Below are positions 60,557 through 64,000 of a stretch of 64,000 nucleotides of DNA, in pieces. The position numbers and the translations under genes are program-made. Each line of letters begins with the position of its first letter. The first letter of the stretch is position 1. Source of the stretch: Callorhinchus milii (lineage: Eukaryota); contig NW_024704742.1 of NCBI RefSeq assembly GCF_018977255.1, positions 70,186,001 through 70,250,000 on the forward strand. Direction: 5' to 3'. The notes under the pieces were generated by a model. It had not been told where the DNA came from. It was given only the letters and a program-made list of their open reading frames with translations, and searched no databases.

Positions 60557-63444
60557 TGATATATGTACATTTCATGTCAGGAGGATGTCTCAAAGTTCTT
60601 CACAGGATTTTACTGTAAAGTTCAGTGACTGTGTATTTTGTAGGTAAACATGGCAGGCAGTTTGTGCACAGCACCATTCTGCAACTTCCATGAAACTGAT
60701 GACCTATTTTATTTGGGGGAATTGTTGGCCAGGGCACCGGGAGAGAGAAACTCTGTATTATTTTTCGAATAGTGCCTCGGGCTCTTTAACGTCCATCTGA
60801 AACAGGGCACGAATGGGGAGCTCGGTTTAACGTCTCACCTGAAGGACAGTGCCTCCGACAATGCAGCACTCCTCCCAGCACTGCACTGGGTATTGAAGTG
60901 TCAGCTTAGATTGTGTGAGTTCAAAGTCCTGACTTGGGGGCTTGAACTCACGACCTTCTAACTCAGAGCTACGGGATCTTTGGATCTGTGGAGTCCTGTA
61001 GCTCAGTGGTTAGAGCACTCCCGTTGCAAGTGAGTAACCTGGGTTCTATTCCCGGCAGGGAGAAATGTTGGGCAAGTCTCCTTACTCCACACACTTCTGT
61101 TTACCTGGCAGTAAGTAGGAACCCAGTTGTTAGTCAATTGTCAGATCGCTTTCTAGGGATAGTAATCCCTCAAAAAAAAACAATAATAATTTGGTCACTC
61201 AATCCACGACTGTGGGACGCTACTGTGTGCAATTGGCTGCCACGTTTCGCCCACAAATATATGGTCAGTTCACTTTCCAGTATATTCTGTGAAGCCCTTT
61301 GAGACGTCTAGATGACATAAAAAGCGCAATATCAAGTACAAGGATTATTATTATTACCCACTGAGCCAGGCTGAGACTCATAAATCTGTTGGAAGGATTC
61401 TGTGTAAACAAGGGACTCTCCCATCACTTTGGTAGAGTAGTTGAGATAGTTCCTTCTGTCATTTTTTCATGGCACAAAGATGGAAAGCCCTTACCGCAGT
61501 AAAAGTCATTTTTAATCGTATTTACCTGTAAGAATGACTTTACTACTTGGAAGGAAATAACATTGCTGCGATGCTGTGTGCTTTCACAAAAAAATCCATT
61601 CCCTCATTTTGTGTCGCTTTTTATTTTTCCTTCCTTTCCCTGCGCTGCTGAGGCCATTTCTCAGTATAAGGCAGTGATTTATTAAAGATTCCCTTGTTGG
61701 GGAGGATCTGTGTGTGTGCGTGTGTGTGTGAGGGGGAAACGTGTTCAAATCTCACTCTTGCTTCTCAGCATAATTATTGCTGACACAGTGATGTACCCAA
61801 CAATATAGCCCAAGTTGACCCTCCAATATGGTGCATTGGATGGATCGTCCCTCAGTAAAATGGAGTCCTGTAGCGTAGTGGTTAGCGAGCTCACCTTGCA
61901 AGAGATAGGACCCGGGTTTGATTCCTGAGCCGGGCGAAACCTTACACAAGTTTGTTTACTCCACAAGCTTCTACTTACATACCAGTAAGTAGGAACCCAA
62001 TCATTAGTTGATTGGCGGATCACTTTCCGACAGTAATAATCCCTTTAAAATTAATAATAATAATAAATTGGTCACTCAATTCATAACTGTTTGTGGGACA
62101 CATTGCTGTGCGCAATTTGTTTGTCGGGTTTCGCCCACAAAATATACTGTCAATCCAAACTACAGTATATTCTGTGAAGCACTTTGCAAGTCTCAACGAC
62201 GCAATTAGGCACACTATCAAGTGCAAGGATTATTATAATAAAACAAAAGTTGTTAAGCCAGCCCTCTGTGATGGAGTCCAGACTTGGTTCATGAGCTAGG
62301 TAGGTCCACAATATTCTAGGGCACTGCTGATGACAACACAACTCAGCCTGGCTCATTGATAGGACCTGGAAATGCAGAGCAGTCACTGGGGGCAGAGAAT
62401 CCTCCCATTAAGCTCTTGTTAACACTGCAAGCCAAAGCCCTAACAGGTAGGGAGGACCTACAAAATACACAGTCAATACACTTTCAGTATAATAATAATA
62501 ATCCTTGCATTTGGTATAAGTGCCTTATCACGTCTCAAAGTGCTTCACAGAATATACTGGAAAGTGAATCAACTATATTTTCTGGGCTAAACAATGTAAA
62601 CAGTCAATTCATAGTATGCGGTATATCTGGTGAAGCGCTCTGAGACATCTCAACAACGTGATAAGGCTGTATTATTATATCAAATAGATTATTCATTTAA
62701 TAACAGCAGAGTTGCATTCTGCGGATGTGTGCGGAGTTCCAGGATTCGAGTTTCATAGCAAAAACCACAAACCAAGAGCTGGACACAGATAATTGCTTGT
62801 TATGCAACACAGTCACCCAGAAAAATCAGGTGATTCCTGGCCCCAGAGTAGACCCGATCTTGTCAGCTCAATCTGTGTGTGCCAGACTGCAGTTAGGAAA
62901 CATGCAAGAGTAGATAGGGGTAGAAATCTTGTGACTTACTGTAGTTTTTAGAAAAACGGCCCATGTGCCTGCCTACTGACTGACTAAAGGAAACCCCAAT
63001 CGGCTAGCCCTACTGTTGTCGCTCGTATCTCAATAGACTCGTCAGGAGCTGGGAGAAATTCAACCTCCCTCAGATTCCACAGCAGGTCTGAACTGGCAGA
63101 ATTGTTGAATCTTATCAGTAACAATAAATAATCCTTTCAATCAATCCATATCACATCATCAATGACATCATCGCGATGCCTCCAACTCGCTTCACAGGAT
63201 TTTAATAATAATCATCCTTGCATTTGATACAATGCTTTATCAGGTCGTTGAGACATATCAAAACACTTCACAAGATATACTGTGAAGTGGAGTGACTGTG
63301 TACTTCTGTGGGCGAAACGAGGCAGCCAGCAGTGTCCCACAAACAGTTGTGGATTGAGTGGTCACATTTTTTTGAGGGATTATTACCTTTGGTAAGTGAT
63401 CAGCCAATCGACTAACAACCGGGTTCCTACTTACTGCTAGGTAA

Positions 63445-63782
63445 ACAACAACAACTTGCATTTATATAGCGCATCCATGCTGGGTAGTGTCTCGGAGCAC
63501 TTAACAGTGGCAGAGCCTGACTCCATGCTGGGGGGAAGGTGGGAGGTGAACCTAAGCATGATTGAAAAGGAAAGTTTTCAGGCGGGTCTTGAAAAAAGGG
63601 GAGAGAGGACGCAAGGCGGAGGGATTGAGGGAGAGTATTCCAGAGTTTCGGGATGTAGTAGCTAAAAGCGTGAACTCCAATGGTTGAGCGAAGGGTGTGA
63701 GGGACGAGCAGGAAGCTGGTGTCAGTTGAGTGGAGGTGCCGGGTGGTGGATTGGTGAGGAGGTCAGAGAGGTAGGGAGGCAT
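63445..63782 (-). mobile_element. L2 LINE 3' fragment inserted within a family B SINE
   Basis: PPYLSDLL...FKTRLKTFLFNHA plus (TTG)n tail; the SINE is split at about 63445 and resumes at about 63782. Confidence 0.75.
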
Positions 63783-64000
63783 GTGGAGTAAGGAAACTTG
63801 CCTAAGGTTTTGGCCTGCCCAGGAATCAAACTCGGTTCTATTGCTTGCGAGGCAAGCGCACTAACCATTGTACCACAGGATTCCTATACTCAGATACACT
63901 GTCATCACTCTTTGTACACATACTGTTATCAACCTGCATCACTCTGTGTGAATCCCTGACCTGCTGCTGATGGCCAGCCCGGTGATGGTGGTGGGTGGCC

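Overview
Repeat-rich vertebrate genomic DNA, most likely a cartilaginous fish. This is inferred from DeuSINE/SacSINE1-like SINEs, L2/CR1 tails and a Penelope-type fragment; a holocephalan such as elephant shark is plausible but unproven. Two spliced genes can be rebuilt by hand and lie tail to tail. (1) ADISSP/C20orf27 on +: five coding exons over 18450-28353, 172 aa, intact, with a probable GC-rich promoter and first exon near 11.6 kb. (2) An IL-12/IL-23 p40 (IL12B)-like gene on -: six coding exons over 40249-33333, about 305 aa, with a signal peptide, Ig D1, two FnIII domains, WSEWS and the same intron phases as mammalian IL12B; a probable TATA promoter and non-coding exon 1 lie near 47.3-47.4 kb. 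The p40-like gene is the most interesting object. It sits next to ADISSP rather than the UBLCP1/ADRA1B neighbours of mammalian IL12B, so it may be an ancient paralogue lost in mammals. It lacks the cysteine that links p40 to p35/p19, has a rewired cysteine pattern, and in this assembly carries a 1-nt frameshift in exon 5 (sequencing error or loss of function). Other notable structures: a GC-box minisatellite and a splice-donor minisatellite flanking the putative ADISSP start site; a quasi-palindromic ETS-site cluster upstream of the p40-like promoter; a Penelope-like insertion with a degenerate hammerhead ribozyme; modular SINE families; an unclassified ~700-bp repeat; and a hAT transposase fossil. 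All calls come from reading the sequence and recalled family knowledge; no searches were run, and repeat boundaries are approximate.
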